A DNA stretch of 64,000 nucleotides. Source: Candidatus Eiseniibacteriota bacterium (GTDB taxonomy: Bacteria; Eisenbacteria; RBG-16-71-46; SZUA-252). Positions within the stretch are counted from its first letter, which is position 1. Each line of letters starts with the position of its first letter. Of this stretch, positions 29,479 to 42,380 are shown piece after piece. Made by a program: the position numbers and the translations under genes. The stretch lies in contig OY969801.1 in NCBI GenBank assembly GCA_963703225.1, positions 2,196,669-2,260,668 on the forward strand, given 5' to 3'. Below the pieces are notes generated by a model. That model searched no databases and was not told the DNA's origin. It saw only the letters and a program-made list of their open reading frames with translations.

Positions 29479-30543
29479 CTACAGCACGTCCACCAGGCTC
29501 GAATCGCCCAGCATGAACCGGTAGGCCGAAGGCTTCCGCTGGGAGCGCTGGATGCGAACTTCCTTGCCGATCAGGGATGCCTCGATCCGGACCGGCACGT
29601 CCTCGATGACGCAGCGCTCGAGGACGATCGAGTGCTCGATCTCGCTGTTTCGGACGCGGACGTCATCGTAGATCGAGGAGAAGGGACCGATGTAGGCGTT
29701 CTCGATCACGCAGCGCTCTCCCAGCGTGAGTGGGCCGCGGAGGATCGAATTTTTCACGACGGTCCCCGGCGCCACGATCACCTCGCCCTCGGCTTTTGTC
29801 TGGGCGTCCAGCTCGCCGCGGATCGATCGCTTGGCGCGCGAGAGGACCATCCGGTTCGCCTCCAGAATGTCCTCCAGCTTCCCCGTGTCCTTCCACCATC
29901 CGCCGATGATGTGGTGGCGGACTTCCCGTCCGTGATCGATGAGGTACTGGATCGCGTCGGTGATCTCCAGCTCGTTCCGGAACGAGGGGCGGATGCCGTC
30001 GACCGCCTCGAAGATGGTCGGGTCGAACATGTAGACGCCGACCAGGGCGAGATCCGATTTGGGTTGCTTGGGCTTTTCGACCAGTCGCTTGATCCGGTCC
30101 CCGTCGAGCTCCGCGACGCCGAACTCCTCGGGGTGGGGTACGTGGGCGAGGAGGATTTGGCTGTTGGGGCGATCGCGCCGGAACTCCTCGACGAGCGGCG
30201 TGATCCCGTCGAGGATCAGGTTGTCCCCGAGGTACATCACAAACGTGTCGTCCCCCAGAAACGCGCGCGAAACCTTGACCGCGTGCGCCAGCCCCAGCGG
30301 CGCGTCCTGCCGGATATAGGTCGTCTTGACCCCAAAGGCCGAGCCGTCGCCCACCGCCGCGCGGATCTCCGCTTCGGTATCCCCCACGACGATTCCCACG
30401 TCCGAGATTCCCGCCGCCCGGATCGCCTCGATCCCGTAGAAGAGGATCGGCTTGTTGGCGATCGGGACGAGCTGCTTGGCGCTCGTGTGGGTGATCGGCC
30501 GAAGCCGCGTCCCTTTCCCGCCGCTCAGGATGAGCGCCTTCAT
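29479..30543 (-). CDS. rfbA: Glucose-1-phosphate thymidylyltransferase (long form)
   Basis: MKALILSGGKGTRLRPIT..KQLVPIANKP, QDAPLGLAHAV, RNELEITDA, WWKDTG. Confidence 0.95.
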   Translation of the reverse strand: MKALILSGGKGTRLRPITHTSAKQLVPIANKPILFYGIEAIRAAGISDVGIVVGDTEAEIRAAVGDGSAFGVKTTYIRQDAPLGLAHAVKVSRAFLGDDTFVMYLGDNLILDGITPLVEEFRRDRPNSQILLAHVPHPEEFGVAELDGDRIKRLVEKPKQPKSDLALVGVYMFDPTIFEAVDGIRPSFRNELEITDAIQYLIDHGREVRHHIIGGWWKDTGKLEDILEANRMVLSRAKRSIRGELDAQTKAEGEVIVAPGTVVKNSILRGPLTLGERCVIENAYIGPFSSIYDDVRVRNSEIEHSIVLERCVIEDVPVRIEASLIGKEVRIQRSQRKPSAYRFMLGDSSLVDVL

Positions 30544-30580
30544 CGTGCCCGCTCGGCTCTCTGGTGTTCCCATCGCGCGG

Positions 30581-33261
<2,681 letters not shown>

Positions 33262-33262
<1 letters not shown>

Positions 33263-33786
33263 CAGTGTGGTTCCGGGCCTTCCGCTCCGCCGTAGGTCAC
33301 GAGATCCCGCACGATGCTCCAGTCAAAGCCTCGCCGGACGAGTGCGCCGGCGATCCTCCGCGCGCGGTCGGGCGCCTCCCGCCGTCGGTGCCTCCGCTCC
33401 AATTCCGCGATCGCGGCCCGGGCCCGTCCTTCCTCCGTATCGAGCGCGCGCTCCGCGAGGTCGGGGTCCTCGTGGAGCAGCGCGTCGATCTCTTCGATCA
33501 GCGGCGCCGGGATGCCCCGCCGCTTCAGCTTGAGGGCCAGCAGACGGCGCCCCTGAGGCCGACGCGGAATCTCCGCGCGCAGGAACGAGCGGACGAACGC
33601 GCGATCGTCCAGAAGCGAGACGCGGCGAAGCCGCTCGACGGCGTGCTCCACCGCGTCCTGAACAAAGCCGCGCTCGAGGAGCCGGTCCACCACTTCCCGC
33701 TCGGTGCGTGGTCCCTGCTCCAGCATCCGGAGGGCCGCTTCCTTGGCGGCATCCTCCGACGAAGTCCTCTCCGTCCGGCGCGGCAC
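33262..33786 (-). CDS. recX: Regulatory protein RecX
   Basis: Directly after recA. RTEREVVDRL, LLDDRAF, LVRRGFDW. Start uncertain (GTG 33786 or ATG 33858). Confidence 0.85.
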
Positions 33787-33790
33787 TGAG

Positions 33791-34900
33791 TCAGATCCGG
33801 ACTCGGCGTTCTCCCCGAGCTTCCGGCGTCGCCGTGGCCGGAGCGGCCGCCGCGCCATCCGAGGCCGGCCGCGTGAGTCCGAGCGCCTCGCGGAGCTTCG
33901 CCTCCAGCTCGGCGGCGGCGTCGGGGTGTTCCTTCAGCCAAAGGCGGGCGTTCTCGCGCCCTTGCCCGATCCTCTCTTCTCCGTACGAGAACCAGGTCCC
34001 GCTCTTCTGAACCAGGTTCTTCTCGACCGCGAGGTCGATGAGCTCGCCCTGCCGGGAGATCCCCTCGTTGAAGAGGATGTCGAACTCCGCCTCCTTGAAC
34101 GGCGCCGCGACCTTGTTCTTCACCACCTTCACCTTCACGCGGCTGCCGATGTTGTTATCGCCCTCTTTGATGGCCCCGATCCGGCGAATATCCATGCGGA
34201 TCGATGCGTAGAACTTGAGCGCGCGGCCTCCGGTCGTCGTCTCGGGATTCCCGAACATGACGCCGATCTGCATGCGGATCTGATTGATGAAGACGACCGT
34301 CGTCTTGGACTTGGAGATCGTGCCGGTCAGCTTGCGGAGCGCCTGGGACATGAGGCGCGCCTGAAGACCCATGTGCGAGTCTCCCATCTCCCCCTCGATC
34401 TCCGCCTTGGGGACGAGCGCGGCCACCGAGTCGATCACGATGATGTCGACGGCGCCGCTGCGGACGAGATGCTCCGCGATCTCCAGCGCTTCCTCGCCCG
34501 TGTCGGGCTGGGACACGTGGAGGCCGTCGATGTCGACCCCGATTCGCTTCGCGTAGTTCGCGTCCAGCGCGTGCTCGGCGTCGATGAAGACCGCGTTCCC
34601 GCCCGCCCGCTGTGCCTGCGCGATGATGGTGAGCGCGAGGGTCGTCTTTCCCGAGGACTCGGGGCCGTAGATCTCGATGACGCGCCCGCGGGGCACGCCG
34701 CCGACGCCGAGCGCCGCGTCGAGCAGGATCGAGCCGGTCGAGATCGCCTCGATTTGGACGCGCGCGGAGTCCTCCCCCAGCTTCATGATCGCGCCCTTTC
34801 CGAACTGGCGCTCGATCTGCTGTACAGCGAGTTCGAGCGCCTTGGAGCGCTCCTTGCTCATTTCCCTGGCCGCTGAGCCCGTGGACGTGTTCCCTGCCAT
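33791..34900 (-). CDS. recA: Recombinase RecA
   Basis: [52 protein letters not shown]. Confidence 0.99.
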   Translation of the reverse strand: MAGNTSTGSAAREMSKERSKALELAVQQIERQFGKGAIMKLGEDSARVQIEAISTGSILLDAALGVGGVPRGRVIEIYGPESSGKTTLALTIIAQAQRAGGNAVFIDAEHALDANYAKRIGVDIDGLHVSQPDTGEEALEIAEHLVRSGAVDIIVIDSVAALVPKAEIEGEMGDSHMGLQARLMSQALRKLTGTISKSKTTVVFINQIRMQIGVMFGNPETTTGGRALKFYASIRMDIRRIGAIKEGDNNIGSRVKVKVVKNKVAAPFKEAEFDILFNEGISRQGELIDLAVEKNLVQKSGTWFSYGEERIGQGRENARLWLKEHPDAAAELEAKLREALGLTRPASDGAAAAPATATPEARGERRVRI

Positions 34901-34979
34901 GTCGCGATTCCCCCTGATCTGTTTCTGGCGGTCCGTTCCGGGACGCCTGGTTCGGGTCGGGGCGAAAAAGAGTGTTGGG

Positions 34980-35588
34980 TCACGGCTCCGGGTCCGTGCC
35001 GGCGCGCGGTGGAGTCGGGCTGGCGCCACCGGTTACCCGGAGGTGAATTTCCTGAAGCGGAGTATACCGGGCTCCGGATGGATGTAGTTCACTTTTCATC
35101 ACGCAGATACGGTCGAGCGCCGACGCGGAGGGCGGCTGCGGCAGCGCGACTTCCCGGAGCCGTTCGAGGCCCTTCGCCCCGTCCCGAACTCGGGCAAGGG
35201 TCAGGTGGGGCCGGACCGGCTTGTCGGGCGGGTCGAACCCCTTCCGGTTCAGAGCCTCGTTCACCGTCCGGGCGAGTGCTGTGACCTCATCGGCCCCTTC
35301 GGCCAGGCCCACCCAGAGCACCCGAGGGCGCGCGATGTTCGGAAACGCCCCCAGCCCGCCGAGCCGAGCGACCGGCGCCACGACCGGAGCGGCACTCGAC
35401 TCCACCGAATCGCAGACCCGCCGGACTCCCGAATCCCCCAAGTCTCCGAGGAATCGGATCGTGAGATGGAGGTTCTCCGGTTTCACCCAGGAGAGCCCGC
35501 TCATCCCAGGCGCAAGGTCGCGGCCAAACGCCCCGAGAAACTCGGCCCACCCAGCCGGAATCATCAGAGCGACGAAGGTGCGGGTCAC
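34980..35588 (-). CDS. thpR: RNA 2',3'-cyclic phosphodiesterase (2'-5' RNA ligase family)
   Basis: Two HxT motifs ([14 protein letters not shown]), WV..ENLH. Confidence 0.94.
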   Translation of the reverse strand: MTRTFVALMIPAGWAEFLGAFGRDLAPGMSGLSWVKPENLHLTIRFLGDLGDSGVRRVCDSVESSAAPVVAPVARLGGLGAFPNIARPRVLWVGLAEGADEVTALARTVNEALNRKGFDPPDKPVRPHLTLARVRDGAKGLERLREVALPQPPSASALDRICVMKSELHPSGARYTPLQEIHLRVTGGASPTPPRAGTDPEP

Positions 35589-35609
35589 GGCGCCTCGGTC
35601 ACCAATCCC

Positions 35610-36854
35610 TTACGACGGAGCGCGGGAGAGGTGGCGCCGCGCGAGATCGAGCGCGTAGGCGGAGGATCGCGCCGTGACCTCCTCGCGGGTCCCGCCAAGG
35701 ACGTGCCGGACGCTCCGGGTGCCTTTGGAGGAGGCGATACCAAGATAGACCAGACCCACCGGCTTCTCCGCGCTCCCGCCGCCGGGACCGGCGATTCCAG
35801 TGCTGGAAAGCGCGAGGTTCGATTCGAATCGTTTCCGCGCGCCGGTCGCCATTTCCTCGGCGACCTCCGCGCTCACCGCGCCTTGGCGCTCGATGGTGGT
35901 GGCCTTCACACCCAATAGCTCCTGCTTCGCGCGGTTTGAATACGCCACGACCCCGCCGAGAAAGTAGCGGGAGGCGCCCGGCGTGCTTACGATCAGAGCC
36001 CCCAGGCCGCCCCCGGTGAACGACTCGGCCGTGGCGATCGTGAGCTTTCGCTCCACCAGGAGCCCGCCGACGACGGCGGAGAGCGTCGTCCCGGCCCCGC
36101 CGTAGACGTGCTCGCCCGCAAGCTCGCGGATCCTTTGCTCGCACCGATCGATCGCGTCGGCCAGCCAGGCCGTGTCGGGCGAGACCGCCGCCAGGGTGAC
36201 GTCGACGCCCGACGAATGTGGGAGGTATCCGATCTTGACCATCGTCTCCTCGGCCTCGACGGCCTGGAACCGCTCGGCCAGGGCGGACTCGGAAATTCCC
36301 ACCGTCCGGATGACCCGCCGCGCCAGCGACGGCCCGGCGCGGCCGGCGCGGAGAAAGGGGATGACATACTGATCCAGCATCGCCTCCGCCTCGGCCGGCA
36401 CGCCGGGCAGGAAGAAGTACTCGGATTCCGCGTGGCTGAAATGAAGTCCTGGCGCGAGCCCGCGCGGGTTCTCGATGATCTTGGCCCCTTTGGGAACCAA
36501 CGCCTGCGATTCGTTGATCGCCGGCATCTCGACTCCCCGCTCTCGGAATCTGGCGCGGATCTTGTCGAGCACGGTCTCGTCGAGCACGAGCCGGCGCCGA
36601 AAGACCGTGGCGATCGCCTTTCGGGTGAGGTCGTCGGGTGTGGCGCCGAGGCCGCCAGTCACGACGATGACGGAGGCCCGGTGCTCCGCCGTTCGGAAAG
36701 CCTCGCCCATCCGCGCCGCGTCGTCGCCCACCGACGTCTGGTAGAAGACCTCGATCCCGATCGACGCGAGCTGCTCCACGATCCGAACTGAATTGGTTTC
36801 GCGCACGAGACCGTGAAGCAGCTCGGTCCCGATCGTGATGATCTCGGCGCTCAT
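35610..36854 (-). CDS. cinA: Competence/damage-inducible protein CinA (MocF + PncC)
   Basis: EIITIGTELLHG, TGGLGATPDDLTR, LPGVPAE, AESFTGG, STGIAGPGGG. Confidence 0.96.
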   Translation of the reverse strand: MSAEIITIGTELLHGLVRETNSVRIVEQLASIGIEVFYQTSVGDDAARMGEAFRTAEHRASVIVVTGGLGATPDDLTRKAIATVFRRRLVLDETVLDKIRARFRERGVEMPAINESQALVPKGAKIIENPRGLAPGLHFSHAESEYFFLPGVPAEAEAMLDQYVIPFLRAGRAGPSLARRVIRTVGISESALAERFQAVEAEETMVKIGYLPHSSGVDVTLAAVSPDTAWLADAIDRCEQRIRELAGEHVYGGAGTTLSAVVGGLLVERKLTIATAESFTGGGLGALIVSTPGASRYFLGGVVAYSNRAKQELLGVKATTIERQGAVSAEVAEEMATGARKRFESNLALSSTGIAGPGGGSAEKPVGLVYLGIASSKGTRSVRHVLGGTREEVTARSSAYALDLARRHLSRAPS

Positions 36855-37309
36855 AGCGCGAGGACGTGGAGGGCCACGCGCGTGAGCACGTTCGCGACGA
36901 GGGCGGCGAGGATGTCGTCGACCATGACCCCCCAACCCCCCGGGAGGCGCTGGCTCTGGCGTATTGGGAAGGGTTTCCAGACGTCGAGGAGCCGGAACAG
37001 GAGGAACGCGATGCCGAGGACGATCCACGGCCTGGCACCCAACGGGATGCCCCAGACCGTCAGAAGCATGCCCGCGATCTCGTCGATCACGATCGGGGAC
37101 GCGTCCCGGCCCAGCGTGCGCTCCGCCTCGCCCGATGCCCAGACGCCGACCAGCGTCACGCCGAGAATAACCCCGCCGAACATCCAAAATTCGAGCCGCG
37201 CGGAGTAGTAGAGGAAGAGAGCGACGAGGAGCGACGCCCAGGTGGCGGGCGCGAGGGGGAGGCGGCCGACGCCGAAGCCCGTCGCGAGCCAGACGGCGAG
37301 GCGCCGCAT
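36851..37309 (-). CDS. pgpA: Phosphatidylglycerophosphatase A
   Basis: APATWAS, DASPIVIDEIAG, FRLLDVWKPFPI, GGWGVMVDDILA. Confidence 0.95.
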   Translation of the reverse strand: MRRLAVWLATGFGVGRLPLAPATWASLLVALFLYYSARLEFWMFGGVILGVTLVGVWASGEAERTLGRDASPIVIDEIAGMLLTVWGIPLGARPWIVLGIAFLLFRLLDVWKPFPIRQSQRLPGGWGVMVDDILAALVANVLTRVALHVLAL

Positions 37310-37313
37310 ACGC

Positions 37314-37892
37314 CTACCCGAGCGTCTTCAGGACGAGCTTACACGCAAGCTTGAGTGTGTCGAACACCCCGGTCCCCCGAAGCGCCACCGCCTCGTAGAA
37401 CGGGACTCCCTTCGGGTTCAGCTCCTTCTCCATGTCGGGGATCGACACGACGCGCGGCAGGTCCCGCTTGTTGTACTGGATCACGAGCGGAACCCTTTCG
37501 GCGGACAGGCCGTGCTCCGAGAGATTGTCCTGCATGTTCACGAGACTCTCGATGTTCGCGTCAAACCGATCGATCTGGGAGTCGGCCACGAAGACGATCC
37601 CGTCGACGCCCTTCAAGATCAGCTTTCGGCTCGCGTTGTAGTAGACCTGGCCGGGAACCGTGTAGAGGTGAAATCGCGTCCGAAAACCCCGGATCTGCCC
37701 CAGCTCGAGCGGGAGGAAGTCGAAGAAAAGCGTCCGGTCCATCTCGGTCGCGAGAGAGATCATCTTCCCGCGCGTATCTTGTGGAACCCTGGAATAGATG
37801 TGCTGGAGGTTGGTGGTCTTTCCGCAAAGGCCGGGACCGTAGTAGACGATCTTGCAGTTGATCTCGCGGGACGAGTAGTTGATGAGCGACAC
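37314..37892 (-). CDS. mglA: Small Ras-like GTPase MglA
   Basis: [42 protein letters not shown]. Confidence 0.97.
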   Translation of the reverse strand: MSLINYSSREINCKIVYYGPGLCGKTTNLQHIYSRVPQDTRGKMISLATEMDRTLFFDFLPLELGQIRGFRTRFHLYTVPGQVYYNASRKLILKGVDGIVFVADSQIDRFDANIESLVNMQDNLSEHGLSAERVPLVIQYNKRDLPRVVSIPDMEKELNPKGVPFYEAVALRGTGVFDTLKLACKLVLKTLG

Positions 37893-37906
37893 GAAGCCCT
37901 CGGGCC

Positions 37907-38410
37907 TTATTCCTTGAAGAGGCTATCGATCTCGCTCTCGGCCTCGGCCGCGAAGTCCGCTCCGAGAGTCGTCGCGGCGACATCCTCGTTCTGGTACTGG
38001 AGCTTGTTGAACAGCTTGTTCAGCACAGCGGTCAGCTCGTCCCCCGCCCTCCGCGCCTTCAACCGCACCAGCCCCAGCGAGGTTTTCTTGTCGAAGAGCA
38101 CGACCAGGATGACCCGATTCGCAATCATCGAGAGATAGAGGCTCTCGTCCTGGCCCTGGTGGACCAGGGTTGCGAAGTCCTTCTCGCCGACCATCTTTGC
38201 CAGCTCCGCGTTGGCCCCGAAGTCGGCCGCGGCGAGGGAGGAGAATGAGGTGACGTCGAACCCGGGCGGCTCACCGAGCGAGTTGATGAGCTGACCCGTC
38301 TTGTCGATCAACATCACACTGCGGGCGGTGGAGCTTCGCATCAACGTCTGGAGGATGGAATTAATCGACCAGAAGTCTTCCTCGAAGAGCGCCCAATTTC
38401 CCTTGACCAT
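37907..38410 (-). CDS. mglB: Roadblock/LC7 GAP protein MglB
   Basis: Upstream of mgl[37 protein letters not shown]. Confidence 0.93.
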   Translation of the reverse strand: MVKGNWALFEEDFWSINSILQTLMRSSTARSVMLIDKTGQLINSLGEPPGFDVTSFSSLAAADFGANAELAKMVGEKDFATLVHQGQDESLYLSMIANRVILVVLFDKKTSLGLVRLKARRAGDELTAVLNKLFNKLQYQNEDVAATTLGADFAAEAESEIDSLFKE

Positions 38411-38545
38411 AGGTCCTCGGCTCCCTGGACACTTAGGCCATGCGGCGCTGCGGCCGACCCTGGCGCACGCGAGATTAGGGGTGTCCTGCCCTAGCCCCGC
38501 GTCACGACGACGGCGAGACCGATATCCCCTACACCCACGACTGAT

Positions 38546-38568
38546 CCGCGCGGGGTAGCCCCGCGCGG
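38546..38568. terminator. 10-bp perfect inverted repeat downstream of recR
   Basis: ccgcgcgggg-tag-ccccgcgcgg. No U-tract. Confidence 0.35.
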
Positions 38569-38645
38569 GGCTCCCTCAAGGAATTTTGCCGAAACCTAGC
38601 ACGATCCCCCTGACCGTCAAGGAGAAAGTGCCGAAAGTGGCGAAT

Positions 38646-39248
38646 TTATATCTCCTTGCGGCCGCTCAGAGCCCGGGCAAGGGTGACCTGGTCGGAGAAC
38701 TCGAGGTCGGAGCCCATCGGAACCCCGCGCGCGATCCGCGTAATCTTGAGCTTCGGCTCTGATTGGAGGATGCGGGCGATGTAGAGCGCGGTCGCCTCTC
38801 CCTGCGCGGTCGGATTGGTGGCGACGATCACCTCCGCCACTCCCTCGGCGCGGACCCGCGCGACCAACTCTTTAAGCCGAAGCTGGTCGGGCCCGATCCC
38901 GTCGACGGGTGAGAGGGCGCCCTTCAGGACGTGGTAGCGCCCTTTGAATTCCCCGGTCCGCTCGAGCGCCAGAACGTCCATCGGCTGCTCGACGACGCAG
39001 AGGAGGGATGCGTCGCGGCGGGTGTCGGCGCAAAGCGCGCAGGGATCGGTTTCCGTCACGTTGCCGCAGATGGCGCAGTCGTGGACGTTGGCCTTGAGGT
39101 CGACGATCGCGGAGGCGAGCCGCTTGGAATCGACCTCGGGAGAGCGGAGCAGGTGGAACGCGATCCGCTGGGCCGATTTTCTCCCGACGCCAGGAAGGCG
39201 GGTCAGCTCCCCGATGAGGGCCTCGAGAAGAGCGCTCGAGAACTGCAT
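38646..39248 (-). CDS. recR: Recombination mediator RecR
   Basis: LPGVGRKSAQR, C4 Zn finger CAICGNV..C.LC, YHVLKGALSP, EGEATA-like motif, RIARGVPMG. Confidence 0.98.
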   Translation of the reverse strand: MQFSSALLEALIGELTRLPGVGRKSAQRIAFHLLRSPEVDSKRLASAIVDLKANVHDCAICGNVTETDPCALCADTRRDASLLCVVEQPMDVLALERTGEFKGRYHVLKGALSPVDGIGPDQLRLKELVARVRAEGVAEVIVATNPTAQGEATALYIARILQSEPKLKITRIARGVPMGSDLEFSDQVTLARALSGRKEI

Positions 39249-39253
39249 CCGGG

Positions 39254-39565
39254 CTAGAAGAGACCCGGCGGGAGGCCCAGGCCGCCGGTGACCCGGCCCA
39301 TCTCCTCTTCGACCATCCGGGTGACCTTGGTTCGGGCGTCCTTGAGCGCGGCCAGTACGAGATCCTCGAGCAGGTCGGCTTCCTCGGGGTTGACCACGGC
39401 GGGGTCGATGGCGACCGCGGTGACCTCCTGGGCGCCGTTCATGGTGACCTTCACCTTCCCGCCGCCGGAAGATCCGATCAACTCGCGGGTCTTCAGCTCC
39501 GCCTGCACCTCAGCCATCTTGGCTTGAAGCGCCTGCGCCTGCTTCATCATCTGCTGGATGTTCAT
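39254..39565 (-). CDS. ybaB: YbaB/EbfC nucleoid-associated protein
   Basis: MMKQAQALQ..GSSGGGKVKV..LEDLVLAA, in dnaX-ybaB-recR synteny. Confidence 0.96.
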   Translation of the reverse strand: MNIQQMMKQAQALQAKMAEVQAELKTRELIGSSGGGKVKVTMNGAQEVTAVAIDPAVVNPEEADLLEDLVLAALKDARTKVTRMVEEEMGRVTGGLGLPPGLF

Positions 39566-41307
39566 GACGCTCCACTCCCCTGCGGGCCGGGCTTCAAGAT
39601 CTCCCCGTCAAAGAGCTCCACGATTCGCTGCACCAGGGCGTCGGGGCCCTCCGTGGGGTCGCCCCCCTCTTCGTCGTCGATGTCGGCCGGCACGGCGGCG
39701 GGCCGCACCCTGAAACCCTCGCCCGAGACCGCCTGGTCGCTGCTCACGCAGAGGAGGGTGGTGCCCTGCCCATAGAGCCGCTCGAATTCCTGATTCAGGA
39801 TCTCACGATTCTCCTTCATCTCGAGCATGGCCCGATGAAACGCGTGCTCCGGCGCAAGGGCTACCCGCACGTTCGATCCCGCGAGGCCGAGGAAGAGCCC
39901 CTCCTCCAGGCAGGTGCCGAGAAGGAGCTTTCGCTCTTTCACCCGATCGACGGCTTGCCGCCATCGCACGACCGCGTCCCCATCGGTCGCGGGCTCGATG
40001 GTCGCCTGGGCACGCTCGGCTCGAGGTGGGGGCTCCTCCGACGCGGGTCGGGGAACCGGCCGAGGCGCCGGCGCTGGAGGCGCAGGCGTGGGCTGCCGGG
40101 GTGAAGCCGTCGCGCGGCCCGGCGTCGGCGGCGGGGCCGTCCCGACGGGCGCTCCGCCGAGCCGCTGCTCGAGCGCTTCGAGCCGGCCGATCAGCTCCCC
40201 CACGTCGCTCGCGCTGGGGAGCGTGCAAAGCTCGACCAAACAGACCTCGATGAGAACCCGCGGCGCCTCCGCGCGGCGGAGCTGCCCGCGGCTCTCCAGT
40301 AGGAGCGAAAGCATCGCGCTCAGGTCGGTCGAGCGAAAGCGGGGTGCCTGGGCGGCGTAGCGGTCGCGATCCGCCGGAGCAGCCTCGATCAGCTTCGTGA
40401 GCGAGGGATCGACCGCCAACAGCAAGAGCTGTCTCAGGTGATGGGTCAGCCCGTCCGCGATCTCCTCGACGTCCATTCCGCCGTCGTAGAGCCGGTCGAG
40501 CGTCTCCAGCGCCCGCTTGGCGTCGCGCCCGGCGATCGCCTCTCCCAGATCGAAGAAGGCGTCGAGCCCGCCGAGGCCGAGCGCCTGGGCGACGACCGCC
40601 GCGGTGACCCCCTCGGGCGAGACCGCGAGCGCCTGGTCGAGCCGGCTCAGCGCGTCCCGGACACTGCCCTCCGACGCCCGGCTGATCATCCCGGCCGCGT
40701 CCTCGTCCAACGGGATCCGTTCCGCCTGGGCAATCTTCAAGAGGTGCGCCGCGATCTCCTCGGCTCGGAGCCTCCGAAACTCGAACACCTGGCACCGCGA
40801 CGCAATCGTGTCGGGGACTTCGAGCGCTTCCGTCGTGGCGAAGACGAAGCGGACGTGCGCCGGCGGCTCCTCGAGCGTTTTCAGAAGCGCGTTCCAGGCG
40901 AACTCGGTGAGCTGGTGCGCCTCATCGATGATGTAGACCTTCGACTTCCCGCCCGATGGAGCGTACTTGACGTTTTCTCGGAGGTTTCGGATCTCCTCGA
41001 TGCCGCGATTGCTGGCGCCGTCGATCTCGAGGACGTCCATCGAAGTGCCGGCCGTGATCTCGACGCAGGAGGGACACTCGTTGCAGGGCTCCGCCTCGCC
41101 TTCGCGGCGCTTGGCGCAATTGAGCGCCTTGGCGACGAGGCGTGCCGAGGTGGTCTTGCCGCTCCCTCGCGGCCCGGCGAAAAGATAGGCGTGCGCGACC
41201 CGGTTGGCGGCGACCGCTCGCTCGAGCGTGGTCCGGATTGGATCCTGCCCGACCAGGTCGGCAAAGCGCTGCGGCCTGTACTTTCGCGCGAGTGCGAGGT
41301 GGGACAC
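39562..41307 (-). CDS. dnaX: DNA polymerase III subunit gamma/tau
   Basis: LARKYRPQRF, GPRGSGKTT, EIDGASNRG, IIDEAHQL, LLKTLEEPP. Confidence 0.98.
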   Translation of the reverse strand: MSHLALARKYRPQRFADLVGQDPIRTTLERAVAANRVAHAYLFAGPRGSGKTTSARLVAKALNCAKRREGEAEPCNECPSCVEITAGTSMDVLEIDGASNRGIEEIRNLRENVKYAPSGGKSKVYIIDEAHQLTEFAWNALLKTLEEPPAHVRFVFATTEALEVPDTIASRCQVFEFRRLRAEEIAAHLLKIAQAERIPLDEDAAGMISRASEGSVRDALSRLDQALAVSPEGVTAAVVAQALGLGGLDAFFDLGEAIAGRDAKRALETLDRLYDGGMDVEEIADGLTHHLRQLLLLAVDPSLTKLIEAAPADRDRYAAQAPRFRSTDLSAMLSLLLESRGQLRRAEAPRVLIEVCLVELCTLPSASDVGELIGRLEALEQRLGGAPVGTAPPPTPGRATASPRQPTPAPPAPAPRPVPRPASEEPPPRAERAQATIEPATDGDAVVRWRQAVDRVKERKLLLGTCLEEGLFLGLAGSNVRVALAPEHAFHRAMLEMKENREILNQEFERLYGQGTTLLCVSSDQAVSGEGFRVRPAAVPADIDDEEGGDPTEGPDALVQRIVELFDGEILKPGPQGSGAS

Positions 41308-41333
41308 GAGGCGCTCCTAACGGGTCAGGGGCT

Positions 41334-41515
41334 GCCCCGGAGCCTGGAAGACGGCCCCCCCGCTTCTGGCTCGGGTCAGTTGGATCCGCGGCACATCGAG
41401 GCGATCACTGACCGCTGCTACCTTCCGGTCCTGACGGAGTTCGTGACTCTCGATTGCGCGGGAACTGGCCGTCAACGCCAAGCCACGAGAGGGCCAAAGT
41501 CCTGGCTCCGAGGCC
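41334..41515 (-). ncRNA. ffs: Signal recognition particle RNA (extended, about 180 nt)
   Basis: Helix-8 motif TCAGGACCGGAAGGTAGCAGC on the minus strand. Nested pairing continues out to GCCTCGGAGCCAGGA/TCCAGGCTCCGGGGC. Directly upstream of dnaX. Confidence 0.9.
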
Positions 41516-41544
41516 TTGGGTCGGTTCCCCTACTGGAACAGTTT

Positions 41545-41620
41545 TGGTGGAGATGACCGGGATCGAACCGGTGACCTCCTCGTTGCGAACGAGGCGCTCT
41601 CCCAACTGAGCTACATCCCC
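41545..41620 (-). tRNA. tRNA-Ala(CGC)
   Basis: Anticodon arm cctcg-TTCGCAA-cgagg, G3:U70 pair, CCA. Confidence 0.97.
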
Positions 41621-41643
41621 ACGGCATTGGGCGACTGCGATAC

Positions 41644-41733
41644 TGGCGGAGAGAGAGGGATTCGAACCCTCGAAGCACTTTCATGCTTACACGGTTTCCA
41701 ACCGTGCTCCTTCAGCCACTCGGACATCTCTCC
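41644..41733 (-). tRNA. tRNA-Ser(GGA)
   Basis: cacgg-TTGGAAA-ccgtg, long variable arm, CCA. Confidence 0.97.
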
Positions 41734-41779
41734 GGGAAGCTAAGGTGCACGCGCGCTCCTTCGCGCGGTGTCCATTCAA

Positions 41780-41869
<90 letters not shown>

Positions 41870-41894
41870 GCGGGGGAGAGTACGCGATCCGGAC

Positions 41895-42380
41895 CTACTT
41901 TTCCAGGCGGTTCATGGCGCGGCGGCGACTCTGAAAGAACGCTTCCAACACCGCGCCGCACTCCTCGGCGAGCACGCCCGGCAACACCTCGGCGCGGTGG
42001 TTCAAGCGGAGGTCTTGCGGCACCATGGCGAGCGAGCCGCACGCGCCCGCCTTTGGATCGCGGGCGCCGTAGACGATCCGCGCGATCCGCGCCAGCACCG
42101 ACGCGCCGGCGCACATGTGGCAGGGTTCCAGGGTGACGTAGAGGGTCGCTTCGTCCAGACGCCAGGTCTTGACCGTCTGCGCGGCCGCCCCGATCGCGAG
42201 AATCTCGGCGTGCGCCGTGGGATCCTGGGTCGACTCGACGCGGTTATGGCCGCGACCCACGATCCGGTTATCCCACACGACCACCGCGCCCACCGGCACT
42301 TCGCCCTCGGCGGCGGCCTCCCGCGCCTCGGCGAGCGCCGCTTCCATGAAGCGCTCGTCGGACGGGGTCTGCCCGATCAC
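41895..42380 (-). CDS. tadA: tRNA adenosine(34) deaminase
   Basis: EVPVGAVVV, DPTAHAEI, LYVTLEPCHMCAGA, DPKAGACGS. Confidence 0.97.
   Translation of the reverse strand: MIGQTPSDERFMEAALAEAREAAAEGEVPVGAVVVWDNRIVGRGHNRVESTQDPTAHAEILAIGAAAQTVKTWRLDEATLYVTLEPCHMCAGASVLARIARIVYGARDPKAGACGSLAMVPQDLRLNHRAEVLPGVLAEECGAVLEAFFQSRRRAMNRLEK

Noticed and set aside
39562-41307. dnaX programmed -1 frameshift site
   Set aside because: No AAAAAAG-type slippery sequence seen, and the ORF is continuous.
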